Part shown: positions 27,451 through 37,559 of the stretch, piece after piece
How the letters are laid out: every line of letters starts with the position of its first letter
Position numbering within the stretch: the stretch's first letter is position 1
NCBI GenBank assembly: GCA_041690295.1
Contig: JAWLHR010000004.1
Coordinates: forward strand, 85,019 to 149,018
Length of the DNA: 64,000 nucleotides
Reading direction: 5' to 3'
Source: Bdellovibrionales bacterium
Lineage (GTDB): Bacteria; Bdellovibrionota; Bdellovibrionia; Bdellovibrionales; UBA1609
The notes under the pieces: generated by a model
Seen by the model: only the letters and a program-made list of their open reading frames with translations
The model's database searches: none
What the model was told of the DNA's origin: nothing
Position numbers and translations under genes: made by a program

Positions 27451-28614
27451 ATGGATCATTCCTGGAAAAAGCTGAGTTTCTTCTGTGCTCTCTATTATCT
27501 GCAAGGCGCGGCATTGGCCTACGTGGTGAACTTTCAAAAACCCTTCCTTTCCGCGCATGGAGTCAGCAAAGAAAGTATCGGGCTTTTCACTTCGTTACTT
27601 CTTGTCCCGTTCATCGCCAAAGTGTTCCTGGGGATGTTGAGTGATCGGGTCCCGATCGGTCGCTATGGTTCGCGCAAGCCGTACATGTTGTTGGGGCTCT
27701 TGGTCTTCACCGGATGTTATGGCTCGTTGGCGATGATCAATCATCCTGGAGAACAATTCTTCGCTTTCGCTCTGCTGAGTTGGTCAGCGGCTTTGGGACT
27801 GGCGCTGTTCGACACTTGTGGGGATGGCTGGGCCGTGGATGTGGCTCGACAAAATGAACAAAGCTCCATTCAGGCGTCCATGGTGGCCGGCAAATCACTG
27901 GGCTTCATCACCATGGCGGTGACCTTTGGGAGCTTGACTTCCAAATATGGCATGTCCGTCGTCTTTATGATTTTAGCGGCCTTAAGTTTATTGGTGCTCA
28001 TGTTAATCTCTGTCGTGCCCCATCAGTCCCATTCAACCGGCAAGTCCGAAGCGGAACCGACTTGGCGCGCCCTTCGGTCGGGTTTTTTCGCCGTCTTCGC
28101 CGCCTTCGGCGTGCTTTACTCGGTGTCTTCGTTTGGAACGGACGGTTTGCTTACCTTGTTTCTGACTGAAAAACGAAATGCCTCAATGAGCGATATCGGT
28201 TGGTTCGGGATGTGGCGGGGAGCGGGCGCATTATTTGGGGCGATCGCCTTCGCATCAGCCGTCCGAGTTTGGCGGCTGAATACGGTTTTGAAATCGGCCT
28301 TGGTGATATTAGGAATCGGTTGTTTGCTGCCGCTTCTACCTCTTTCAACGGCGTGGAGCGGATTGCTTTGGGGTTCGGCCTGGGGATTTCAAGAGACGGC
28401 GTATGTGACGTTAGCCATGACTTTGGCCAAGGGACCGTGGTCCGCAACCCATTTCGCCATCGCCATGATTTACTCGAATGTCGGAACGGCCTTGGGTGAA
28501 GCCATCGGAACTCCGATGGCGCCTCGGTTCGGTTACGCGGTGATTTTCGCGGGATTCGCGGCATTGTCTTGGTCATTGCTCTGGCTCATCCCGAAAGTCA
28601 CGCGAAAATTTTAA
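27451..28614 (+). CDS. MFS transporter (AmpG-like)
   Basis: About 12 hydrophobic segments; LYYLQG, SDRVP...GSRKPY, DTCGDGWAVD, SATHFA. Confidence 0.82.
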   Translation: MDHSWKKLSFFCALYYLQGAALAYVVNFQKPFLSAHGVSKESIGLFTSLLLVPFIAKVFLGMLSDRVPIGRYGSRKPYMLLGLLVFTGCYGSLAMINHPGEQFFAFALLSWSAALGLALFDTCGDGWAVDVARQNEQSSIQASMVAGKSLGFITMAVTFGSLTSKYGMSVVFMILAALSLLVLMLISVVPHQSHSTGKSEAEPTWRALRSGFFAVFAAFGVLYSVSSFGTDGLLTLFLTEKRNASMSDIGWFGMWRGAGALFGAIAFASAVRVWRLNTVLKSALVILGIGCLLPLLPLSTAWSGLLWGSAWGFQETAYVTLAMTLAKGPWSATHFAIAMIYSNVGTALGEAIGTPMAPRFGYAVIFAGFAALSWSLLWLIPKVTRKF

Positions 28615-29249
28615 AGATCGTCTTCAAGAGCTTTTTCTTCCAACTCATCGGCCATCTGAACGCGCTTGGCGACCTTGGTGGCGAGTTGGTTGTTTTGCTT
28701 GGTCAAGCGGCGCTGTTCCTGGCGCATGCGACGGATCGTGGCCTGAGCCCGCTTAATGCGTTCTTCAGCCGCGCGATAACGGGCATTGAGGTCCGCTTGT
28801 TCCTGTTTCATTTCGCGCAATTCTTTATCCAAAGCCTTTTGAAATTCTTCGGCGTTTTGCAAACGGTTCTGGGATTGTTCAACGCGAGCCTTCAGGCTTT
28901 CCAATTGGGCTTTCTTTTGATTGCGTTGAGCTTCCAATTTTTTGGCCTGGCGCTCGGCCGCTAAAGCGGAACTGTGCACTTTCTGAAAGCGCTTGCTTTG
29001 CTGGTCGATGCGTTTGGCGATGGATTTGGATTCACGGCGAAGGCGCTCGGCTTCCTGTTCCAACTGCTTCGCCTGGCGCTCCATCTGCTTGGTTTCCTTG
29101 CGAGCCGTGGCTTCCAGTTTTTGTTTTTCAAAAACATCCATGCGTTCGGCTTCAACTTCGGCGGAAAGTTCATCCAGCCGTTGTGCGTTCGCGGACGCCC
29201 ATGCCGGTAAGGCCAACATTAAGGTTAACGCCAAAATCATTCGTTTCAT
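28611..29249 (-). CDS. Secreted coiled-coil protein
   Basis: AAGGGAG SD; signal peptide; continuous E/K/Q/R heptads. Confidence 0.78.
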   Translation of the reverse strand: MKRMILALTLMLALPAWASANAQRLDELSAEVEAERMDVFEKQKLEATARKETKQMERQAKQLEQEAERLRRESKSIAKRIDQQSKRFQKVHSSALAAERQAKKLEAQRNQKKAQLESLKARVEQSQNRLQNAEEFQKALDKELREMKQEQADLNARYRAAEERIKRAQATIRRMRQEQRRLTKQNNQLATKVAKRVQMADELEEKALEDDL

Positions 29250-29296
29250 GGTTCCATACTCCCTTTTTGATGACGGACGCACTCACGCGCCATTTG

Positions 29297-29312
29297 AGCA
29301 AGCACGGTGCCA
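29297..29312 (-). promoter_or_regulatory. Sigma54-type promoter motif
   Basis: TGGCACCGTGCTTGCT, near-perfect consensus. Confidence 0.78.
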
Positions 29313-29419
29313 TGGCGAAATTTAATTAATTCTGAGATCCATTATAATTCTTCTAAAGCGGTGACGAATTACGGCCCTAATCTATTGCCCTTTTCCCAGT
29401 GAGCGATTAATTTTGCGGG

Positions 29420-30184
29420 ATGCAATCCATTTTAGATCCGCTCTCGTACATCCGGGGCCCCCTGGCGAGCCTGACCATCGGGATTTTCACCTTGTTCCAG
29501 TCGGCGGTGGTGATTGCCGTGGCGGCGCTGACCCATTCCCGCCGGGCGATGGATTTCATATGTATTCAGCTTTGGGCGCGGCCGGTGCTGTGGCTGGCGG
29601 GCGTGAGGCTGGAGGTCCGTGGTGGGGAGAATGTTTCCGAATCCAAAAAAGGCTTCCTTATCCTCTTCAACCACAGCAGCCTGATGGATATTCCCATTCT
29701 GTTTTGTTTTCCGCGGACCTTCCGTTTCGGCGCTAAAATCGAGCTTTTTAAAATTCCTTTTTTCGGCAAGGCCATGGAAGTGTGTGGAGTTCTTCCCATC
29801 GACCGAGGTGACCGAAATAAAGTGATGAAGGTCTATCAGAACGCGATCGCCAGGGTGAATCGGGGAGAGAGTTTCGCCTTGGCGCCGGAAGGGACCCGTC
29901 AAAAGGAACCCAGAATCGGAAGTTTCAAGCGGGGTCCTTTTGAGTTCGCGATGAATGCCCAAATGGATATCGTTCCCGTGGTGATCGTGGGCGCTTATGA
30001 AGTTTTGCCGAAGAACAGTCTTTGGGTGAACATGGGGCGCTGGCGGCGAAAAGTGATTATGCAGATTCTCCCTAAAGTTCCAACCGCGGGACTGGGTCCT
30101 GATGATCTCGAGTCCCTTCAAACCCGGGTGCGGGAGCAAATGGTTGAAGCCTTTAATCGCGTTAGGTCAGCCGAGGCTATCTAA
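29420..30184 (+). CDS. plsC: 1-acyl-sn-glycerol-3-phosphate acyltransferase
   Basis: NHSSLMD (HX4D), PIDRG, APEGTR. Confidence 0.9.
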   Translation: MQSILDPLSYIRGPLASLTIGIFTLFQSAVVIAVAALTHSRRAMDFICIQLWARPVLWLAGVRLEVRGGENVSESKKGFLILFNHSSLMDIPILFCFPRTFRFGAKIELFKIPFFGKAMEVCGVLPIDRGDRNKVMKVYQNAIARVNRGESFALAPEGTRQKEPRIGSFKRGPFEFAMNAQMDIVPVVIVGAYEVLPKNSLWVNMGRWRRKVIMQILPKVPTAGLGPDDLESLQTRVREQMVEAFNRVRSAEAI

Positions 30185-30548
30185 GCGAATCCTGCTCCTG
30201 AATTTCTGGGATATAGCAGGTCTTGCAGCCCCCTGGATTTCCGCCATCACAGGCCGGCCGCGAGCAGGCCAAATGGATCAGGGAACCATCGGAGAGAACG
30301 AGGTTGCCGGCCAAGGCTTCTTCGAGGAGTTCCAGCTCTTCGAGGATGCTGGAAATCGTTTGAGGTTCATAGGAATCGGCAACGACTTTTAGACGCAGAG
30401 CGGGATAGCGGTGATTTAAATCCGCCGTCCAGGACCGGACCATTTTCACATGGTCCGTGGAGCTAATGGGTGTATCGATATGTAAACTCGCCGAAGCGAA
30501 ACTCCCCCAAAAGGCAACCGCCACTAATATTGCCGCATGCCGACCCAT
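30177..30548 (-). CDS. Small secreted protein with Cys-rich C-terminus
   Basis: GGGAG SD; signal peptide ending FASA; ACSRPACDGGNPGGCKTCY. Confidence 0.65.
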   Translation of the reverse strand: MGRHAAILVAVAFWGSFASASLHIDTPISSTDHVKMVRSWTADLNHRYPALRLKVVADSYEPQTISSILEELELLEEALAGNLVLSDGSLIHLACSRPACDGGNPGGCKTCYIPEIQEQDSLR

Positions 30549-30783
30549 GTAACTCTCCCGTCCTGGAGGGCGCTTTCCCCCTCAACCCGTGGAAACGACA
30601 ATTCAAATCCAAGGCCAGCGGATTTTGAATGTTTTCGGTGTCGTCGTGGCCCCGAACGTCATTGATTTGATATTCGGGAATTGGAGCGCCGGTGTAATTG
30701 CGCACCGTTTAGGACAAAATGATCCCAGCACGCCTTGGCCCGCAGGTGACAAGTCCGGGCTGGTTGTCTAGCTTGGATGCTTA

Positions 30784-32013
30784 ATGCTCAAAAGAACTTT
30801 GGCCCGCATCGAAAAACTCATGGGTGCCCAATTGCGGGCCAAAGATTTAAGTTTCGTTCATTCAGACCTTCCTCTTTCCGAATTGGAACTCCTTAAAAGG
30901 TTCACCGAACTGGACACCGGCACGTTGAACAAGTCGGGTGTGGAGCGCGCGCAAAATTTGGTCAGTGAAACTTTGGACGATCTGGGGTTCAAGCAAGAAA
31001 CCATCGAAGCCGATCCGCGCTTCGCCCGCTTGATCGTTGCCGAGCGACCGGGCCGGAGCCGGCGTTACATCACGTTAGTTACTCATACGGATACAGTCTT
31101 GGGGAACGAAGTTCCGTTTTCTCTGGATCTGCCGGGCAATCGCGCGTTCGGTGCCGGAGTGATCGATAATAAGGGTGGAGTCGTGGTGGGCTTGAGCGCC
31201 CTTCGCCGTTTTTTGCGCGCCTATCCTGAGACCGAATATTCCTTGCGATTCATCTGTTCGCCCAATGAAGAAATGGGTTCCATCGGGTTCACTTCCATTT
31301 ATCGCGAATTGGCCGTGGACACGGTGGTGGGCTTCGGGCTGGAGCCCGCGCTTGATAATGGATCCATCATTCACCAACGGCGGGGGAATCGTTGGTACGA
31401 TATTTCGATCAAAGGGCGGGAAGCGCATGCCGGGCGCAGTTACGGCACCCATTCCAATGCCGGCCACGATCTCGCGCACAAGCTTTATCAAATGGCCCAA
31501 CTCACCAATTACCGCAAACATGTGAGCGTGAATGTCGGTCACATTTCAGCCGGCAAGGCCAAACATAACATCATCTGCGGGTTCGCCGAGGCGAAGCTGG
31601 ACGTTCGCTTTCCCACCATCGAAGCGCGCGATCAGTTACATCGAAAAATTCAAAAAATTCTTTTCAGTCCGAGTGAAAATCATTGCGGTGAAATTCAAAC
31701 GGAATGCAAGTTCGAGATCGTGGACGATTGCCCGCCGTTTTCGCTCACGCGCCAGTCACGGCGCCTGGCGCGAAGTTACGCGGCATTGATTTCCCAATTG
31801 GAAAAACGCGTGATTTATTCGCAACCGGCGGGCGGCGCGGGTGATGTGAACTACCTGAGCACGCCGACGAACTTTATCCTGGACGGCCTGGGTCCGGTCG
31901 GCGGCGATATGCATACGAACGCCGAGTTCCTGCACGTGAACACGCTTTCGACCAGATCGAAAGCGTTGGCCGGTTTTCTCTTTCACTTACAATCGTTGGA
32001 TCTTAAGCCGTAG
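30784..32013 (+). CDS. M20 family metallopeptidase (glutamate carboxypeptidase-like)
   Basis: THTDTV, GVIDNKGG, NEEMGS, GREAHAG, DGLGPVGGDMH. Confidence 0.88.
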   Translation: MLKRTLARIEKLMGAQLRAKDLSFVHSDLPLSELELLKRFTELDTGTLNKSGVERAQNLVSETLDDLGFKQETIEADPRFARLIVAERPGRSRRYITLVTHTDTVLGNEVPFSLDLPGNRAFGAGVIDNKGGVVVGLSALRRFLRAYPETEYSLRFICSPNEEMGSIGFTSIYRELAVDTVVGFGLEPALDNGSIIHQRRGNRWYDISIKGREAHAGRSYGTHSNAGHDLAHKLYQMAQLTNYRKHVSVNVGHISAGKAKHNIICGFAEAKLDVRFPTIEARDQLHRKIQKILFSPSENHCGEIQTECKFEIVDDCPPFSLTRQSRRLARSYAALISQLEKRVIYSQPAGGAGDVNYLSTPTNFILDGLGPVGGDMHTNAEFLHVNTLSTRSKALAGFLFHLQSLDLKP

Positions 32014-33127
32014 CGGGCAGGCTCATCAGAAAACTATGGTATTCCCGCCATTGGCGGAGCGCTTGATGAAATTCCGCTTTGGCCAGACGGAGCTGGCGTT
32101 TCAGTTCGTCCATCCGGTCCAGGCGGGATTTTTTATACTCTTCCTTAAGGGCTTCAAAGCGTGAATAGGCCGCTTCAACTCGCGCGCGCAGGTTGTCGAT
32201 TTGATTTTGAAATTGAACCTGCCAACGGGAACTCAACCGGGCTTTGATGCGTTTTTCGTCCATTTGCATCTGCGCCTTGATGACCTCGCTCCAGGGGGTG
32301 CGCCGCAATCCGTACGCGCCGCCGATCAGCTGAAAAAACGAGATCAGCCATTTGGTCGGATCCCAATGATACCAGCGAACACCGTTACGGTAGTCGTTGG
32401 CGAAAATGTGATGGAAGTTGTGGTATCCCTCACCGAACGTGAGTAAGGCCATGATGAAAGAATCCTTGGCGGTGTTCGTGTCGGTGTAGTTTTGTTTGCC
32501 CCACATATGGCACCAGGAATTGATCAAGAACGTGGCGTGGTGAACGGCCACGACACGAAGGAATCCCGCGACGGCGAGTCCTCCGAACGCGGATCCCAGA
32601 AAATACCCCACCAGCGTGGGAAGACCGAGACCCATCATTAGCGCGATCAACACATAATGCCGGTCCTGAAACATGACCACCGGATCCCGTTCGAGATCAC
32701 GTCCATAAGGCGCGGCCAGTTGGGCGCTCTTTTCTTCGTTGACCATCATCCAACCGAAGTGCGCGTACCAAAATCCTTTGTTAATTGAATAAGGATCATT
32801 GTCGGAATCCACGAAGCGGTGGTGCACGCGGTGATCGCGGGCCCAAACCAAAATTGAATTCTGAAATGAAGCCGCTCCGAACAAGGCCCAAAACCATTTC
32901 AACCACGGTCGGCACTCGTAAGCGCGATGGGAAAAGTAACGATGATAACCACCGGTGATACTGCCGGCGGTGAGCGCGTACATCGCGACCGCGAGCAGCC
33001 AGATCGGCCACATGAAACCATCTAAATAAATGTGAATGACGCTAAAGACGACAGCCACCACTGGTGACAAAGTTAAAAATAAAGCGCCGAACCAATTGAT
33101 CGTTTTCTTTTTCTTATTTTGAGACAT
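32003..33127 (-). CDS. Delta-9 acyl-CoA/fatty acid desaturase
   Basis: His boxes HRYFSH, HRVHH, HNFHH; WDPTKW; C-terminal coiled coil. Confidence 0.92.
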   Translation of the reverse strand: MSQNKKKKTINWFGALFLTLSPVVAVVFSVIHIYLDGFMWPIWLLAVAMYALTAGSITGGYHRYFSHRAYECRPWLKWFWALFGAASFQNSILVWARDHRVHHRFVDSDNDPYSINKGFWYAHFGWMMVNEEKSAQLAAPYGRDLERDPVVMFQDRHYVLIALMMGLGLPTLVGYFLGSAFGGLAVAGFLRVVAVHHATFLINSWCHMWGKQNYTDTNTAKDSFIMALLTFGEGYHNFHHIFANDYRNGVRWYHWDPTKWLISFFQLIGGAYGLRRTPWSEVIKAQMQMDEKRIKARLSSRWQVQFQNQIDNLRARVEAAYSRFEALKEEYKKSRLDRMDELKRQLRLAKAEFHQALRQWREYHSFLMSLPATA

Positions 33128-33196
33128 TAATGATCTTCCCCGTTCCCTAGCCGCAGCCGATGCTGCAACTTTAGAACAGGGTAACACAAGCCGCTA

Positions 33197-33850
33197 TCAA
33201 TCGCGAGAAGCCGTCATGAGTTTTTTGATTTGGCGATACTCTTGTTCCATAAAGAGTTCGGCCCTTGGATTGGAATTTCGCACTCGTGTGATCAGTCGTC
33301 GCGCATGGTCGTAGCGGTGATGACGGATCAACATCCTGACATAATTACGGATTACGGGAAGTTGAAGAGATTTTGATCGGCTTTCGAGGATGGCTTCGAA
33401 AAATCGACTGGCCTCTTCGGCTTGACCTAATTCTGACAGAGCGAGCGCGTAAGAATACATGGCTTCAAGATCACGACCCCCGCGTTTGAAATAAATCGCG
33501 AAACTTCGCGCGGCCCGATCCAATTTGGCACGTTTGAATTGGAGTTGCCCTAGCCGTAAGTATTGTTTCGGGTCATTCTTGGCGATTCGCTCCAGTTCAT
33601 TTTCCACACAGTCCCAATTTTTGAGATCCGTGCACATGGCGGCCTTTTTCTCCCAATCGGCGGGCGTGGTTTTTCCGACCCAGTCTTTGACGGTGAGGGG
33701 AATGATCTCCAACGCGTATTTATCCCAATTAATGATATGTACGGCGGTTAAAATGATGAAACCGGTGATAAAGAGCATCACCGTCATGCTTAATCGTTCA
33801 AGTTCTTCTTCAACTTCGCGTCGCTTTTTATTGTCGTTCAAGTTGTACAC
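33197..33850 (-). CDS. Membrane-anchored TPR protein
   Basis: GTG 33850 with AAGGAG SD; one TM; TPR-like helices (YLRLGQLQFK, YSYALALSELGQAEEA). Confidence 0.75.
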   Translation of the reverse strand: MYNLNDNKKRREVEEELERLSMTVMLFITGFIILTAVHIINWDKYALEIIPLTVKDWVGKTTPADWEKKAAMCTDLKNWDCVENELERIAKNDPKQYLRLGQLQFKRAKLDRAARSFAIYFKRGGRDLEAMYSYALALSELGQAEEASRFFEAILESRSKSLQLPVIRNYVRMLIRHHRYDHARRLITRVRNSNPRAELFMEQEYRQIKKLMTASRD

Positions 33851-33891
33851 CGTGCTTGCTCCTTTTATTTGCGACCTCATGAGGGGCATGG

Positions 33892-33907
33892 AGCAAGCGT
33901 GAGGCCC
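33892..33907 (-). promoter_or_regulatory. Sigma54-type promoter motif
   Basis: GGGCCTCACGCTTGCT upstream of the TPR gene. Confidence 0.55.
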
Positions 33908-33996
33908 CGGGTAAGTCATTGAATTTCGGCGCCCGCGCCGTGAATAGAGTGAAAATACTAAAATTCGTGGGACGCTTTTGGGCACCGGACAATGGA

Positions 33997-34193
33997 CTGC
34001 CGCCCGGGTGAGAACCCGGGAACTCGGACTGGCAGGTGAAAGGGGAGATGTTTTTAAGAGATCGCCCGCCTCCCCTTTCGAAGAGGCGAGCGGACAGGAG
34101 GGCCGCAAGTCCTTCCTGGACTCACGGTCTGTTGGGTTGGTTCATGCGTGAGACCATCCAGGTCTCGACGAACCAATGAGCAAGTCGTGTTCC
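33997..34193. ncRNA. Candidate structured RNA (unassigned family)
   Basis: Consecutive hairpins with G-U pairs and GNRA loops in an intergenic region; no known family recognised. Confidence 0.35.
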
Positions 34194-34282
34194 TAAATAT
34201 CCACGCTGATCGGTGAGTTGACATTTCTTTACGATTTTTCAAAGTGACTGGTGGGGAGCGCCTGAGTTGAAATGGAAGCTGA

Positions 34283-35104
34283 ATGAGCGTTGTTAAACTT
34301 TTGTTCGAATTTGGAAAAAAAGTGCAAGGCCGTGTTCGGCATTTCCTTTTCTCCAGGGTGGTGACGACAATTGTCCTTTTTGTGATTCTCGCCCCACCAC
34401 CGGCATTGGCCGATGCCGATTTAAGTTTAGGCGGTAGCTTCAGATCTTATCCCTTAAGTGGAGTGGCGGAAGTTAAATCCGGCTATGGAATGGTTCTCTA
34501 CGGCCAAAAGAATTCCCCGTTCTCCGGTTACATTCGTCCGGCTTTGGAAGGGTACTCCGCGCTCCTATATAATTCCGGGATCGCCAAACTTGAGATTTTC
34601 CCTTTGGCCATTTTAGGCGCGCGCGCCGGCGGTGAAAGTATCCAAAACGACAATGAATACACCGCCTATGATTGCAAAAAATATCGCTGTTTGGGCCGCA
34701 ACTACCGTACGTTCTTTGAAACCGAACTCACCTTGGGCGCGGGTCCTTTCTTTATTCAGGGGCGTTGGCGGCGTGAGCGGTGGACGCAACCGGATCCCGA
34801 AGCCGGTGATTTCGTCGATCCCACATCCGGTTTGCTGATGAAATCACAAGGGGAGTCGCAAACGGTTTATACCGCGGTTTCCGGAGTTAAACTTTCTCCG
34901 ACATGGACCGTGATGGCGGGTTTGCGCTATGCCGAGGATGAGGATGGAATTTCGCGAATGCCCTTCTTGCTGCTCAGCTGGAAGAATTCGAGTTGGACGG
35001 TTTCCGCGGGCGGCGGCGGTTTTGAGTCGTCACTTAAAGATCGGAGCGCGACGGCTCTGCTTTCAGTGACCTGGGAGATCCTCCCCAGCGTAGCCCTCCG
35101 ATGA
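34283..35104 (+). CDS. Putative outer membrane beta-barrel/secreted protein (start uncertain, possibly about 34358)
   Basis: Signal-like segment ending PPPALA; alternating amphipathic beta strands. Confidence 0.65.
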   Translation: MSVVKLLFEFGKKVQGRVRHFLFSRVVTTIVLFVILAPPPALADADLSLGGSFRSYPLSGVAEVKSGYGMVLYGQKNSPFSGYIRPALEGYSALLYNSGIAKLEIFPLAILGARAGGESIQNDNEYTAYDCKKYRCLGRNYRTFFETELTLGAGPFFIQGRWRRERWTQPDPEAGDFVDPTSGLLMKSQGESQTVYTAVSGVKLSPTWTVMAGLRYAEDEDGISRMPFLLLSWKNSSWTVSAGGGGFESSLKDRSATALLSVTWEILPSVALR

Positions 35105-36274
35105 AGTGGGCGTTTCCCCGATCAATACGCCTTCACATTTCAGGAATTCCATTTTGTTCACGTGGCTTGAGAATTCCGATAAAGCTTTGTTCACGGTCAC
35201 GGGATCAAGCGTGCCATCGCGAAGATAATTTTCCGGCAGACACACCATCATACGGTTCACATCACGGGACAGGGCGACGGCGTACCATTCCGTTGAGAAA
35301 ATCAGAAGTCCGTTCGTGAAGAGATCCTGCTGGCTGAAATCGCGATTGACATATCTCAGCTTGGAGAGTGACCAGATGTTTGGACCCAGCCGTTCATTTT
35401 CGTATTGTCCGCGCAAATACGAATATAAATCCAAGTGGTCCTCTGGATAGACTTCGGTGAGTGATGCGTTCTTCCTTGTACTGATGATTTCATCAACCAC
35501 ATCCCGTCCCCAGAGTTTCGCGAAAAAAGACTCCAGTGCGAATTTTCTGAACGGCGGATCATTCTCGGGCAAGATCACGTCGAAAATCTGAAAGTGATGA
35601 TTGGCTTCGAGGAGTTTTTCCATTTCGGGGCTGATAAGGGGAGCGTTATTGATTCGCTGGTAGCGTGCGGCCCGGAATTTCAACACATCCACTTCAAACG
35701 GTGAAACGGTGATGGAATCCGCGTTCACGAAATATTCTTTTCCCGCCGAGTAAAAATAAAGGCGGCCAACCGGCCTCAGTGGCATCTTCTTTGGGGTGAA
35801 GTTCCAGGTGAACCGCCATTGGGAAGTCACAATATGTTCTTCATGTTCTTCATCTAGATCTTCCGGAGTGTATTCAAGCCGACTTGGCTCCGGGGCCTCG
35901 CCGTTGTCTTCATCGTGAAAGGTGCCCGAGGGTTCACCGATTTCTTCCGGCGATGGTGTTGTGGATTGCAGCGGAATAACTCCCGGAGGCGTGGGAATGG
36001 GTGGCGGTTTGAACCCGGCCATTCCGGGAACCGGGGGGCCGCCCGTGGTTTTCGGCCGTGGAATTTCATTCTCGTAGGATTTTTCAAATTGGCCCGCCAT
36101 TAAATTCTGAAAACCATCGTTCAAAATAAAGACCTGCGAGCAAATAAAATTGTATGGTTTATTGGAACTAAACGGCCTTTCTCCCGGACGCCAATAGGCG
36201 GGAGGTGGTTGCGCGAACGCAATGACGTTCCAAAAAAGAACCGCGGCGGCGAAGCCACCGGATCTCCACTTCAT
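35063..36274 (-). CDS. Secreted hypothetical protein with Pro-rich/acidic linker
   Basis: Signal peptide ending AFA; 403 aa open frame. Confidence 0.75.
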   Translation of the reverse strand: MKWRSGGFAAAVLFWNVIAFAQPPPAYWRPGERPFSSNKPYNFICSQVFILNDGFQNLMAGQFEKSYENEIPRPKTTGGPPVPGMAGFKPPPIPTPPGVIPLQSTTPSPEEIGEPSGTFHDEDNGEAPEPSRLEYTPEDLDEEHEEHIVTSQWRFTWNFTPKKMPLRPVGRLYFYSAGKEYFVNADSITVSPFEVDVLKFRAARYQRINNAPLISPEMEKLLEANHHFQIFDVILPENDPPFRKFALESFFAKLWGRDVVDEIISTRKNASLTEVYPEDHLDLYSYLRGQYENERLGPNIWSLSKLRYVNRDFSQQDLFTNGLLIFSTEWYAVALSRDVNRMMVCLPENYLRDGTLDPVTVNKALSEFSSHVNKMEFLKCEGVLIGETPTSSEGYAGEDLPGH

Positions 36275-36288
36275 GGAGTATCCGGTGA

Positions 36289-36304
36289 AGCAATCGTTGT
36301 GCCG
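36289..36304 (-). promoter_or_regulatory. Sigma54-type promoter motif
   Basis: CGGCACAACGATTGCT directly after the sucB stop; GC lies 15 nt before ATG 36274. Confidence 0.7.
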
Positions 36305-37549
36305 CTAGATTTCAAGTAACATGCGAGAGGGATCCTCGATGCACTCCTTGATGCGTACGAGGAAGCTGACGCTTTCGGCCCCATCAATGATGCGGTGATC
36401 ATAGGAAAGCGCCACATACATCATCGGACGAACCACAACCTGGCCGTTCATCGCGATCGGGCGTTCCTCGATCTTATGCATGCCAAGAATTCCGCTTTGC
36501 GGCGGATTCAAGATCGGCGTCGACATGAGCGAGCCGTAAACGCCCCCGTTACTGATGGTGAACGTGCCGCCATTCAAATCATCCACCGTAATCTTTCCTT
36601 CACGCGCTTTTTGCGCGAAAGCCTTGATCGCGAGTTCGATTTCGGCGAGCGACATGTGCTCCGCATGTTTGAGCACGGGAACCATCAAGCCTTTGTCGGT
36701 GCCGACGGCCACGCCGATATTGTAGTAGTTGTGGTAAACAATATCGTTTCCTTCAATGAAGGCGTTGACCCGGGGATAAGCTTTTAAAGCCTCGATGGCG
36801 GCTTTTACGAAAAAGCTCATGAAGCCCAGGCCGATGCCATAACGCTTTTCGAACTGCTCCTTGTACTTCTTGCGCAAAGCCATGCAATTGCTCATGTCGA
36901 TTTCGTTGAATGTGGTCAAAATCGCGGCCGTGCTTTGCGCTTCCACCAGCCGTTGAGCGATACGTTTGCGAATCGTGCTCATGGGTTCACGCACGATTTC
37001 TTCGCCAAGAAGCGTTTTAGTCTCCGGTTTTTTCAAGACGCTGACCGGAGGCGCGGGCGGCGCCGGCGGCACCGTCGCCAGACTCGCGCTGGCGCTGAGC
37101 ACATCGGCCTTGGTGAGACGGCCGCCACGGCCGGTCCCTTGTACCATTTCCGGATTGATGCCGGTCTCGTTAACGATTTGGCGAACGGAAGGACTCATGG
37201 TTTCGGTTTTGAACGACGCGGTCACGCCGTTGGTGGGCTTTGGCGCCGGCGCCGGTGTCGGTGTCGCGGGCGCGGCGGCGGGTTTTGGCGCTTCCGCGCC
37301 GGCGGGCGGTTGGGCGGAGGTGTCGATCTCGCCGATCACGCTTCCCACTTTCACCACATCACCCTCGTTGGCGGTGGTTTTTAAAACACCATCCGCCTCG
37401 GCCACCACTTCCACGCTCGCTTTGTCGGTTTCAAGAACAAGAATGACGTCGTCACGCTTAACGTATTCACCATTCTTTTTGGTCCATTGAGCGATAGTGC
37501 CTTCGGTGATCGATTCACCAACGGCCGGAACCTTAATTTGTACTTTCAC
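36305..37549 (-). CDS. sucB: 2-oxoglutarate dehydrogenase E2 (dihydrolipoamide succinyltransferase)
   Basis: ETDKA lipoyl site, [26 protein letters not shown]. Confidence 0.97.
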   Translation of the reverse strand: MKVQIKVPAVGESITEGTIAQWTKKNGEYVKRDDVILVLETDKASVEVVAEADGVLKTTANEGDVVKVGSVIGEIDTSAQPPAGAEAPKPAAAPATPTPAPAPKPTNGVTASFKTETMSPSVRQIVNETGINPEMVQGTGRGGRLTKADVLSASASLATVPPAPPAPPVSVLKKPETKTLLGEEIVREPMSTIRKRIAQRLVEAQSTAAILTTFNEIDMSNCMALRKKYKEQFEKRYGIGLGFMSFFVKAAIEALKAYPRVNAFIEGNDIVYHNYYNIGVAVGTDKGLMVPVLKHAEHMSLAEIELAIKAFAQKAREGKITVDDLNGGTFTISNGGVYGSLMSTPILNPPQSGILGMHKIEERPIAMNGQVVVRPMMYVALSYDHRIIDGAESVSFLVRIKECIEDPSRMLLEI

Positions 37550-37559
37550 AAACCACTCC

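Noticed and set aside
34179..34194. GG-N10-GC match AGGAACACGACTTGCT on minus strand
   Set aside because: Lacks the GGC core and lies within a predicted stem; plausible chance match
34248..34282. tRNA/tmRNA-like 3' end (TTCAACTC...CCCCACCA on minus strand)
   Set aside because: No T-stem pairing or matching acceptor stem
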